Shown here piece by piece: positions 55,738 to 64,000 of a stretch of 64,000 bases of DNA; positions within the stretch are counted from its first letter, which is position 1, and each line of letters opens with the position of its first letter. Position numbers and translations under genes: made by a program. The DNA comes from Nitrospirota bacterium. Lineage in GTDB: Bacteria; Nitrospirota; Thermodesulfovibrionia; Thermodesulfovibrionales; JdFR-88. The notes below the pieces were generated by a model. It did not search any database and was not told where the DNA came from. It saw nothing but the letters and a program-made list of their open reading frames with translations. Where the stretch lies: contig JAKAHV010000002.1 of assembly GCA_021825295.1 (NCBI GenBank), positions 70,189 to 134,188 of the forward strand, given 5' to 3'.

Positions 55738-56234
55738 TCCGGCCCGCAAACAGCTCGCGGGCGGCCAAGGCCGTTTTGGCTGTTGTCGCGCTCGTGCTGC
55801 TTTCCTCATGCGCGTCGCTGCCAAGGATCATAATCCTCCACGACGCGCTGACGCCGGAGGAACATCTGAACCTCGGGGTGGCCTACGAGAAAAAGGGCGA
55901 TCTTGACGCCGCGATGAAGCAGTACAGGGCCGCCTCGAAAAAACTCCCCGTCGCGTATGAGTACATGGGGAACGTTTGCTTCGGGAAGAAGGATTTCAGC
56001 CAGGCGGAAAAATACTACAAAAAGGCCATAGAAAAAGACCCCGGCAACCCCGATGCCTACAACAACCTGGCGTGGCTGTACTACACGGAAAAGATAAAGA
56101 TGGATGACGCGCTGAGGCTGGCCACCACCGCGACCAGCCTGAAGGTTTCAGACCCTTCAAGGGAGGCGCTTTACAGGGACACTCTGAAGAAGATCAGGCA
56201 ATATCTGTCTTCCGCTGGAAACAGCGGCAGATAA
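55734..56234 (+). CDS. TPR-repeat lipoprotein
   Basis: Lipobox LLSSC. TPR-like LNLGVAYEKKGDLDAAMKQYRAA and AEKYYKKAIEKDPGNPDAYNNLAWLY. ATGA overlap with the peptidase gene. Confidence 0.7.
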   Translation: MIRPANSSRAAKAVLAVVALVLLSSCASLPRIIILHDALTPEEHLNLGVAYEKKGDLDAAMKQYRAASKKLPVAYEYMGNVCFGKKDFSQAEKYYKKAIEKDPGNPDAYNNLAWLYYTEKIKMDDALRLATTATSLKVSDPSREALYRDTLKKIRQYLSSAGNSGR

Positions 56235-56328
56235 CGGCTTACTAAAATATACATTAGCAAAGCCACATTCGGCCCATCTGCTGTCCGGCTTGTCCGGAAT
56301 CTTTCTTTGTGGTGTTCTTAGTAAGTTT

Positions 56329-59055
56329 TTACGCCGGTCTTATATAAACCCTCGTATCAATGGCGGCGCATCCCCTGCCCTCATCGAATACGGCAAGCGG
56401 ATTTATCTCCATCTGCTCGATCTCCGGGACCCCCTCGATCAGCACCGAAAAGCGGAGTATCGCCTCGGTGAGCGCCTTTATGTCCCTGGGCGGCCTTCCG
56501 CGCCAACCCTGAAGCAGAGGCAGGCTTTTCAGCCTGGCAAGCATCCTGCCCGGATCCAGGTCGGTAAGCGGATGCAGGGAAAACGAGACGTCCTTCATAA
56601 GCTCCACCTGTATTCCGCCAAGGCCCACCATCACAAGGGGCCCGAATGTGGGGTCCATCGTCATGCCCAGTATCACTTCCTCTCCGCCATGAATCATCGG
56701 CTGAAGGGTCACCCCCTGCATTTCGCCCAGGCGGCCGGCCTCCGAGAGACGCCGCCTCATGAGGATGAAATTTTCCCTCGCCTCTTCCGCGGACCTTAAG
56801 TCGAGGGCGACCCCGCTTACGTCGCTTTTGTGCACGATGGTCGAAGAGCGCAGTTTCAGTGCCACGGGGAAACCGATTTGCTCCGCTTTTTCCGCGGCCT
56901 CCTCCGGGGTAAAGGCTATCCTGGCGCCTGCCGAGGCAATGCCGTAGAAACCCAGGAGCGCTTCGCTTTCTTCCGGCATGAGCCAAAAACCCGTGCCGCG
57001 CGGCCCCCTCGCCTCCGAGGCCTTGACGGCCTGCGAGACATATTTGACCGCCGCCTCTTCATCCATGCCGGCAAGCTTTGGCGGCCTTCCCTCTTCAGTC
57101 TTGCGAAACGCCGCGTACTGGCAGGCGCGCGCCAGCGCTCCGATTGCGTCTTCGGGGAACAGATACAGGGGAACGGATTTTTTCGGGGGGCCGGTCTCAA
57201 GATTCACCGGCGGCCCCTTCATCGTCATGAAGCACGCGACGACCGGTTTGCCGCCGGCATAGCGGCTCATCACTTCCCTCACGGCCGCGGCAACATCCTC
57301 CGGGCGGGTTACAAGAGGGGGTATATAGATCACCAGAAGCGCGTCTATCGCGGGGTCCTCCAGCATCGCCCGCATCGCCTTCAAGTAGGATTCTGCCGGG
57401 GCGCTTGCTATCATATCGACGGGGTTGCCGAGCGCGGCCGCCTCCGGCAGGAATTCCCCCAGACGTTTGAGGGTGGCTTCGGACAGCGGCGGCACCTTGA
57501 GCCCCCACCCGGCAGCCGCATCCGCCGCGAGCACGCCGGGCCCGCCGGCGTTTGTCAGGATGCCTATGTTCGGCCCGCCGGGATATGGCTGGCTGGAGAG
57601 GAATTTAGTGACGTTGAACATCTCCTCGATGGTATCCACGCGTATCACCCCGGCCTGTCTGAACAACGCCTCCACCGCCACTTCGGCGGCCGCAAGGGCG
57701 CCCGTGTGGGAGGTTGCCGCCCTTGCGCCCACCTCGGATTTGCCCCCCTTGACGACCACCACCGGCTTTTTCCTCGAAACGCGCCTCGCGATGCGGCTGA
57801 ACTTCCGCGGGTTGCCCAGCGATTCCATGTAAAGGACGATGATGTCCGTGTTCTCGTCGTCCTCCCAAAACTCCAGAAGGTCGTTGCTGGAGATGTCCAT
57901 GCGGTTGCCGATGCTGACGAAATTGCTTATGCCAAATGACATGCTCCTCGCGTAATCGAGGAGGGCCAGCCCCAGGGCTCCGCTCTGCGACCCTATGCTG
58001 ATTTTCCCGCAAGGCGGGGCGACGGGGGAGAAGGTTGCGTTCAGGCTTGTTCCGGGATTGCAGTTGAGGATGCCCAGGCAGTTTGGCCCTATCACCCTCA
58101 TGCCGTAGGAGAGTACTTTTTCAAGCAGCCTTTTCTCCCTCTGCCTGCCCTCGCCTCCCGCCTCGCCGAAGCCGGCCGAGACGATCACCAGGCCCCATAC
58201 GCCCCTTTGCCCGCATTCCTCGACGATGTCGAGCACAAGCGGGGCCGGCACCACGATCACCGCCAGGTCGATGTCCCCGGGTATTTTCAGCACGGAGGGG
58301 TATGCGAGCACCCCCCCGACGGATGTCGCATTCGGGTTTACGGGATAGACGACGCCCTTAAAACCCCCCAGCAAAAGGTTCCTGAATATCGCGCCCCCCA
58401 CGCTTTCGGGGTTTCTGGAAGCCCCTATGACGGCCACTGTGTGGGGGTAGAGCATCTTGGCCACCCCGGCGGAGCGCGCTATATGCTCCCGGTACGCCTG
58501 CCTCTTTTCGTACTCCTCCTGCCCGCTCAGATCGATGGAGTACTCGTAGGTGCCCTCATCGAAGATTTTTTGGAACTTAAAACCGCTTTCCTCCAGCACC
58601 TCAACCATCCTGGTGTTTTCCGGGATCACGCGGGCCACGAACCGTTTTACGCGGTAGCGCGCCGCAGCGGAGGCAAGCTGCTCCAGAAGCGCGGTGCCGA
58701 TCCCCCGCACCTGGATATTGTCCTCCACCACAAAGGCGACCTCGGCGTTCCTGCCCCCGGTCATCAGAAACCACCTGCCCACGGCCACTATCCGCTCCTG
58801 TTCACGCTCGCCCATCGTTGCCACATAAGCGACCGTCTGAGGAGGCTGCGTCTCCGTGTAATAGGTCAGCTCCGCGTCGGTTATGTGTTTCTTTGTATAC
58901 CCGAAGCGCAGATAGCGGCTCCATTCGCTGAGGCGGTAGAAGAACTCCTCGAGCCTCTTCCTGTCGTCGCGCATTATGGGCCTCACCCGCAGCCTCTGGC
59001 CTGTCCTCAGCACGACGTCCATGACTTCGCTGTTATGGTTGGTAGGGACCGGCAT
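56329..59055 (-). CDS. GNAT acetyltransferase fused to an ADP-forming acyl-CoA synthetase-like protein (Pat-like, GNAT N-terminal)
   Basis: N-terminal GNAT (VRGIGTALLEQL). CoA-binding VAVIGASRNPESVGGAIFRNLL. Succinyl-CoA-synthetase-like and ATP-grasp parts; 908 aa. Confidence 0.8.
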   Translation of the reverse strand: MPVPTNHNSEVMDVVLRTGQRLRVRPIMRDDRKRLEEFFYRLSEWSRYLRFGYTKKHITDAELTYYTETQPPQTVAYVATMGEREQERIVAVGRWFLMTGGRNAEVAFVVEDNIQVRGIGTALLEQLASAAARYRVKRFVARVIPENTRMVEVLEESGFKFQKIFDEGTYEYSIDLSGQEEYEKRQAYREHIARSAGVAKMLYPHTVAVIGASRNPESVGGAIFRNLLLGGFKGVVYPVNPNATSVGGVLAYPSVLKIPGDIDLAVIVVPAPLVLDIVEECGQRGVWGLVIVSAGFGEAGGEGRQREKRLLEKVLSYGMRVIGPNCLGILNCNPGTSLNATFSPVAPPCGKISIGSQSGALGLALLDYARSMSFGISNFVSIGNRMDISSNDLLEFWEDDENTDIIVLYMESLGNPRKFSRIARRVSRKKPVVVVKGGKSEVGARAATSHTGALAAAEVAVEALFRQAGVIRVDTIEEMFNVTKFLSSQPYPGGPNIGILTNAGGPGVLAADAAAGWGLKVPPLSEATLKRLGEFLPEAAALGNPVDMIASAPAESYLKAMRAMLEDPAIDALLVIYIPPLVTRPEDVAAAVREVMSRYAGGKPVVACFMTMKGPPVNLETGPPKKSVPLYLFPEDAIGALARACQYAAFRKTEEGRPPKLAGMDEEAAVKYVSQAVKASEARGPRGTGFWLMPEESEALLGFYGIASAGARIAFTPEEAAEKAEQIGFPVALKLRSSTIVHKSDVSGVALDLRSAEEARENFILMRRRLSEAGRLGEMQGVTLQPMIHGGEEVILGMTMDPTFGPLVMVGLGGIQVELMKDVSFSLHPLTDLDPGRMLARLKSLPLLQGWRGRPPRDIKALTEAILRFSVLIEGVPEIEQMEINPLAVFDEGRGCAAIDTRVYIRPA

Positions 59056-59110
59056 GCGAAACTATCCCCCCCCTTGTGCTTTAAAAATTCTACCAGCTAT
59101 GAGGGAGTTT

Positions 59111-60571
59111 TCAAGAAGTCTCTCCGTCCCGGTCCGCCGGCAGGTCAATCTCGACCAGCAGACCGCCGCCCGGGGCGTTGACGGCCGTCACCTCGCCGCC
59201 ATGCAGGTGGACCGCCCTTTCGGTTATGGCCAGGCCGATGCCGGCCCCGCCGGTCACCCTGTCCCTGGCCTCGGTGACGCGGAAGAAGGGCCGGAAAATC
59301 TCCTTGAGCGCCTCCTCCGGCACGCCAGGCCCGTGGTCGCGGACCCTGATTAGCGCATGCGGCCGCCCGTTTCTCTGGAGCCGCTCCATCGTGATTTCAA
59401 CCTCATCGCCCTCAGGGGTGTAGCGAAGGGCGTTTCTTACCACGTTTTCGATCGCCCTTCGGAGCATCTCCGGAGAGGCAAAAATGTTTATTTGGCCGTC
59501 ATCGCCAGGGAGGAATTTTACGGAGCGGTTCATGCCCCTGGCCTCAAAGTCGGAATCCCCGGCTATTTCATGCACAAGTAACGGCAGGTCGACAAGGGTC
59601 TTTTCCAGCCTTTCCGTCCCGCTTTCAAGCAGCGTAAGGGTTACCAGCTCCGCGATAAGGCGGTTGAGTCTCTCCGCCTCGCGCTCTATCCTGTCCAGCG
59701 GCCCCGCGGCCTCCTCCGGGGAGTTTTTATTTTTTTGTCTTGCAAGTTCCAAAGCCACGCGCAGACGCGCAAGCGGAGAGCGCAGTTCGTGGGATATGTC
59801 CCGGATAAGGCGCTGCTGCGCCCCGACCAGAGACTCTATCCTCTCGGCCATGCCGTCGAAATCCCTGCCCAGGGCGCCGATTTCGTCGCTTCTCCCGCTT
59901 AGACGGCCACCGGCCCTCGCCCTGAGATTCCCGGCGGCAAGCTGATGGGTCGCCTCACGGAGGCGGCGTATGGGAGCGGTCAGCCGCCAGGCAAGTCCAT
60001 AGCAGACGATGCCTCCGATGATAAGCGATACCAGACCCCGGAGGCCGAAGAAAAACCGTAAATAACCTTTCGGGCTGGGCACCCCCCTGAAAGGTATATC
60101 AGGCCACCGGCCGGCGACCGTATAAAGCCGGCCCTGCACGTTGGCTGCCGCCAGCGGCATGACGAGGACATAGCCCTTGCCGTCAATCCTGGAGAGGATA
60201 TTTTTATTTTTGCCCCCTGCCCCGCGGACCTTTGCAGCCATGTCACGAATGACGGGCGGCGGCCCGGGACCACCGGCGGATAATGCATTTCCGTCCGCAA
60301 ATAAAAAGAGGCCAATGCCGGTGGATCTTTCCAATCCGGACGAAAACCTCCGGAGCGCGGGCAGCCCGCCCCGCGCGTATTGCTTAAGCGCCGTTTGCCC
60401 GTAAACGGTGAGGACCTGCCCCAGGACCCTGTCCCGTTCAAGTTCGACCCGGCGAAAATGCCTGGCTATCGGCCCTACCTGCGCGCCAAAGGTGATAATG
60501 ACAAGAGTGACGCTGGTCAGTATCATCGCCAGCCAGAACCAGAGAAATATCTTTATGAAAAGGCTTCGCAT
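59111..60571 (-). CDS. Envelope-type sensor histidine kinase (HAMP-HisKA-HATPase, CpxA/BaeS-like)
   Basis: Two TM segments, a HAMP domain, the H-box RDISHELRSPLARL, and GGAGIGLAI. Confidence 0.85.
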   Translation of the reverse strand: MRSLFIKIFLWFWLAMILTSVTLVIITFGAQVGPIARHFRRVELERDRVLGQVLTVYGQTALKQYARGGLPALRRFSSGLERSTGIGLFLFADGNALSAGGPGPPPVIRDMAAKVRGAGGKNKNILSRIDGKGYVLVMPLAAANVQGRLYTVAGRWPDIPFRGVPSPKGYLRFFFGLRGLVSLIIGGIVCYGLAWRLTAPIRRLREATHQLAAGNLRARAGGRLSGRSDEIGALGRDFDGMAERIESLVGAQQRLIRDISHELRSPLARLRVALELARQKNKNSPEEAAGPLDRIEREAERLNRLIAELVTLTLLESGTERLEKTLVDLPLLVHEIAGDSDFEARGMNRSVKFLPGDDGQINIFASPEMLRRAIENVVRNALRYTPEGDEVEITMERLQRNGRPHALIRVRDHGPGVPEEALKEIFRPFFRVTEARDRVTGGAGIGLAITERAVHLHGGEVTAVNAPGGGLLVEIDLPADRDGETS

Positions 60572-60630
60572 CCGGAACTATTTCCCGGGAGATGAGCTGT
60601 TGCCGCCTGGGGGAAAAAACTCAGCATCGG

Positions 60631-61356
60631 CTATGTCTTGTTTTTGGCCGTCTCCGGTGAAAACGGATAAATATAGCCCGTCCCACGGATTGTCTTTATC
60701 CTGGGGGCCCCGTCTTCGCCGCGCCCAAGCTTTTTCCTGAGGTTGCTGATATGGACATCGATACTGCGGTCGTAAGGCGAGATGCCGTGGCCCAGCACCT
60801 TCCTGGAAAGGTCTTCCCTGCTTACGAGCCGGCCGGCATTTAAAAGCAGTTCCTCCAGGAGGTTGAATTCGATCGCGGTCAGCTCCAGCCTCTCCCCCGC
60901 GCGAACGACCGTCCTGGCCCCGGCATCCAGAACCACGTCTCCAACGCTCAACGGCAGCGGACCGGACGCATCCGGCGCGCCGCTTTCATGCCCCGCGCGG
61001 CGCTTGATGGCGCGGATCCTCGCAACCAGCTCGCGGGGATTGAAGGGTTTCGGCAGATAATCGTCGGCGCCCATCTCAAGCCCAACAATGCGGTCCACAT
61101 CATCGCCGCGGGCCGTAAGCATCAGCACCGGAATCCGGCAGCCGCGCTCCCTTATATGGCGCAGCACTTCAAAACCGCTCGCTCCGGGCAGCATCACATC
61201 GAGCACCGCCAGGGCGTGACCGCCCGAAAGCAGACGCTCCATCGCCTGCAGCCCGTTATGAACCGAATCCACATCGAACCCCTCAGGCCTTAGATAATCC
61301 TTCAGTAGCTCACAGAGTTCCATGTCGTCGTCAATTACGAGTATGCGGTCCATCAT
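60631..61356 (-). CDS. OmpR-family response regulator
   Basis: Receiver ILVIDDD...LDVMLPGASGFEV, plus a winged helix LTAIEFNLLEELL...SIDVHISNLRKKL. Confidence 0.9.
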   Translation of the reverse strand: MMDRILVIDDDMELCELLKDYLRPEGFDVDSVHNGLQAMERLLSGGHALAVLDVMLPGASGFEVLRHIRERGCRIPVLMLTARGDDVDRIVGLEMGADDYLPKPFNPRELVARIRAIKRRAGHESGAPDASGPLPLSVGDVVLDAGARTVVRAGERLELTAIEFNLLEELLLNAGRLVSREDLSRKVLGHGISPYDRSIDVHISNLRKKLGRGEDGAPRIKTIRGTGYIYPFSPETAKNKT

Positions 61357-61607
61357 ATTATTTCTTACCTATTTTACCCGAAATACTTGAAGGAGTTTGT
61401 AAAGAATTGTAAAGAAACCTTCCGCTTTTTTTACAAAACTTTTACTTTTTTAACATCTCTTAACCCATGTTTTGGAAGGCATATTGTATGATAAATAGTG
61501 ATGCAAAAACAAAAATGTGGTTGTGCGCCGAAAGTCTTTCAAATAAAAACTCCATATGCGGGGGCAACACGCGGATGGGATTTTTTTGCAGAAGGAAGAA
61601 CCGTAGA

Positions 61608-62930
61608 ATGAAAATGAAGATTACAAGGGTTTTGTGCTCAATATTCCTTGCCGGTCTGCTCGCGCTTGCGTGGGCATCTGTAGTCCTGGCTGGGATGCCG
61701 GTAAAGAAGGGCTCCGTCCTGACGCTCCAGGATTGTATCGTGATAGCATTGAAGATAAACCCTCAGTTGGCCGCCGCCGGCAACACCCTTCTTGCCGCCC
61801 AAAGCAGGATAGGCGAGGCAAAGTCCGGGTATTATCCCCAGGTAGACTGGCAGACGGACTACACGCATTTTTCATCGACCACGGGCGGGCTTTCTTTTGG
61901 ACAGGGCGCCTTCACGAGGGTGACGACAAGCCAGAATAATTTCCAGTCCGGCCCTGCCCTCACCCAGAACATTTACGATTTCGGCAAGACCAAAAGCCAG
62001 GTGCAGATTGCAACTTACAACAGGGATGCCTCCCGGCAGGATTATGAAAACGTATCGCTTGGGATAGTCCTCAGCGTGAAGACCGCCTATTACGGCGTAC
62101 TTCAGGCGCAGAGGAGCCTGGCGGCCGCGGAAAAGGTGGTGAACCAGGCCCGGGAGCATCTGAAGCAGGCACAGGGTTTTTTCCAGGTCGGGACGGCGCC
62201 AAAGATAGACGTGGTCAATGCAGAGGTAACTTTGAGCAACGCGCAGCTCAGCCTGATACAGGCGCAAAACGCCGTGCAGATAGCCTGGCAGAACCTGAAT
62301 AACGCGATGGGTGTGCCGGATGCCCCCGAATACCGGATCGAGGACAACCTTGCCTACAGGCCGTATCCGATTACATTCGAGGAGGCGCTCAAAAGGGCAT
62401 ATTCGGACAGGGCGGACCTCAGGGCGGCAATGTTCAGGGTGAAATCCTCGGAGCAGTCCTTTAGACTGGCCCAAACCGGCTATTACCCGGCCATATCGGG
62501 AAGCGCCGGATACACCTGGAGCGGCGACAGCCTGCCGCTGGACCATGGCTGGAACGTCGGCGCCACACTCACCGTTCCGATATTCAGCGGCTTTCTCACT
62601 AAAAAACAGGTCGATGAGTCGACCGCGAATTTAAACGTGGCGCGGGCCAACGAGGAGACCCTGAGGCAGCAGATATACCTTCAAAACAGGCAGGCGTATC
62701 TGAACCTGCAGCAGGCCGCCAGCAGCATAGCCACGGCGAAGACCGGCCTGAAGCAGGCGCAGGAAAACCTCGACCTCGCAAACGGCAGGTATGCCGCCGG
62801 GGTCGGCAGCAACATCGAAGTCACCGACGCCCTCACCACTTTCACCAGCGCCCAGACCGCCTACATAAACGCGCTTTACAGCTACAAGACGGCTGAAGCA
62901 AACCTCGAAAACGCAATGGGGGCCAAATAA
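61608..62930 (+). CDS. TolC-family outer-membrane efflux protein
   Basis: Start at MKMKITRVLCSIFLAGLL. Two repeats of the OEP helical pattern (AKSGYYPQVDW..., AQTGYYPAISGSAGY...). Confidence 0.8.
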   Translation: MKMKITRVLCSIFLAGLLALAWASVVLAGMPVKKGSVLTLQDCIVIALKINPQLAAAGNTLLAAQSRIGEAKSGYYPQVDWQTDYTHFSSTTGGLSFGQGAFTRVTTSQNNFQSGPALTQNIYDFGKTKSQVQIATYNRDASRQDYENVSLGIVLSVKTAYYGVLQAQRSLAAAEKVVNQAREHLKQAQGFFQVGTAPKIDVVNAEVTLSNAQLSLIQAQNAVQIAWQNLNNAMGVPDAPEYRIEDNLAYRPYPITFEEALKRAYSDRADLRAAMFRVKSSEQSFRLAQTGYYPAISGSAGYTWSGDSLPLDHGWNVGATLTVPIFSGFLTKKQVDESTANLNVARANEETLRQQIYLQNRQAYLNLQQAASSIATAKTGLKQAQENLDLANGRYAAGVGSNIEVTDALTTFTSAQTAYINALYSYKTAEANLENAMGAK

Positions 62931-62931
62931 A

Positions 62932-64000
62932 ATGACAAAAGGGAAGAAAACGCTCGCCATCTTCGTGGTCCTGGCCCTGGCGGGCGGGGCCCTTGCCTTA
63001 ATTATCCACGACGGGAAAGGCAAGGAGCCAAAGTTCAGGACTGAAACGGCCTCAAAGGGGGTCATCAAATCCACTGTCACCGCGACGGGGACCGTAAACC
63101 CGGTGACGACCGTCCTTGTCGGCACGCAAGTCTCCGGCACCATCAGGAATATATATGCCGATTTCAATTCGGTGGTCAGGAAGGGGCAGTTGCTGGCCCT
63201 CATAGACCCGATGACGTTCGAGGCCCAGCTCAGCGAGGCCAGGGCCAATTATATTTCCGCCAAGGCGGACCAGGACAAGGCCGCCGCCACCCTTGCGGAC
63301 GCCAAAAGGACGATGCTCCGCAACAAGAAGCTGCTTTCGGAAAACCTGATCGCCCAGAGCGACTTCGATACCGCGGAAACAAATTACGAGACCGCGCGGG
63401 CGGCTGTGGAAGCGGCAAAGGGGCAGGTCTCCCAGACCGAGGCGGCGATGAAGTTCGCCCAGACCAATCTCCGGTATACGCGCATTATTTCGCCCGTAAA
63501 CGGCACCGTGGTGGCCAGGAACGTGGATGTCGGCCAAACAGTGGCCGCCAGCTTCCAGACCCCCACGCTCTTTTCCGTCGCGCGGGACCTCAGGAAGATG
63601 CAGATAGACACGAGCGTCGACGAGGCCGACATCGGCAGCGTCAGGAAGGGACAGGCCGTCGAATTCACGGTGGACGCCTACCCTGAGATCACTTTCAGGG
63701 GGAAGGTCTCGCAGGTGAGGATAAACCCGACAATCGTGCAAAACGTCGTCACGTATGACGTTGTCGTCCAGGTGGACAACAACGACCTGAAGCTGAAACC
63801 CGGCATGACCGCGAACGTCACAATTATAACGGCCGTAAAGCGGGACGCGCTCAGGGTGCCAAACGCCGCCCTGAGGTTCAGCATGCCGGAAGCCCTTCAG
63901 CCCGGCCCTCGCAAGGCCGCGAAGAGGTACGGCCCCGGCGTCTGGGTGCTCGAAAATGGAAGGCCCAGGCGCGTGGCCATCAAGACGGGGCTCACGGACG
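62932..64000 (+). CDS. Efflux periplasmic adaptor (HlyD/MacA-like), 3'-truncated by the window end
   Basis: Not in the ORF track because no stop is reached. My translation is MTKGKKTLAIFVVLALAGG...GTVNPVTTVLVGTQVSGTIRNIYADFNSVVRKGQLLALIDP...YTRIISPVNGTVVARNVDVGQTVAA, typical of a membrane-fusion protein. Confidence 0.8.
   Translation, partial: MTKGKKTLAIFVVLALAGGALALIIHDGKGKEPKFRTETASKGVIKSTVTATGTVNPVTTVLVGTQVSGTIRNIYADFNSVVRKGQLLALIDPMTFEAQLSEARANYISAKADQDKAAATLADAKRTMLRNKKLLSENLIAQSDFDTAETNYETARAAVEAAKGQVSQTEAAMKFAQTNLRYTRIISPVNGTVVARNVDVGQTVAASFQTPTLFSVARDLRKMQIDTSVDEADIGSVRKGQAVEFTVDAYPEITFRGKVSQVRINPTIVQNVVTYDVVVQVDNNDLKLKPGMTANVTIITAVKRDALRVPNAALRFSMPEALQPGPRKAAKRYGPGVWVLENGRPRRVAIKTGLTD

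Noticed and set aside
1-64000. Search for the transposase, integrase, phage or defence genes that could explain the many repeats
   Set aside because: None of the listed ORFs shows DDE, tyrosine or serine recombinase, or phage structural motifs. All repeat families here therefore appear non-autonomous, and any cognate enzyme must lie outside the window.

Overview
GC-rich bacterial chromosomal window with no rRNA, CRISPR array, transposase or integrase. Calls come from reading the translations and DNA by eye, with no searches run. Three parts stand out. (1) Housekeeping blocks: pentose-phosphate genes (zwf 3' end, pgl, gnd, tal, tkt), gatA-gatB, nadC, valS, glyQ-glyS, tRNA-Asn, cell-envelope sugar genes, several two-component systems and a TolC/adaptor efflux operon. 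(2) An extracellular-electron-transfer island of about 24 kb (8.3-31.9 kb). It holds five paralogous secreted hexahaem cytochromes that match my memory of the Geobacter OmcS nanowire subunit. One is on the minus strand and four are in tandem, with an NHL-propeller gene inside the array. A tightly packed nine-gene operon follows: YVTN-propeller lipoprotein, large beta-barrel OMP, two lipoproteins, SurA-like PPIase, a 26-haem and a 16-haem cytochrome, and an NHL protein. Two near-identical sigma-54 promoters with a shared upstream inverted repeat, and one GEMM-I-like leader fold, precede array genes. (3) At least four families of short non-autonomous repeats sit at notable positions: direct MITE copies bracket four omcS-like genes, and inverted repeats bracket gatAB. 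The oddest locus is tRNA-Asn followed by a perfect 2 x 335 bp tandem. Each unit carries an AT-richer 92-aa GIY-YIG ORF whose 3' end merges into a degenerate tRNA-Asn copy that keeps only the acceptor and T arms.
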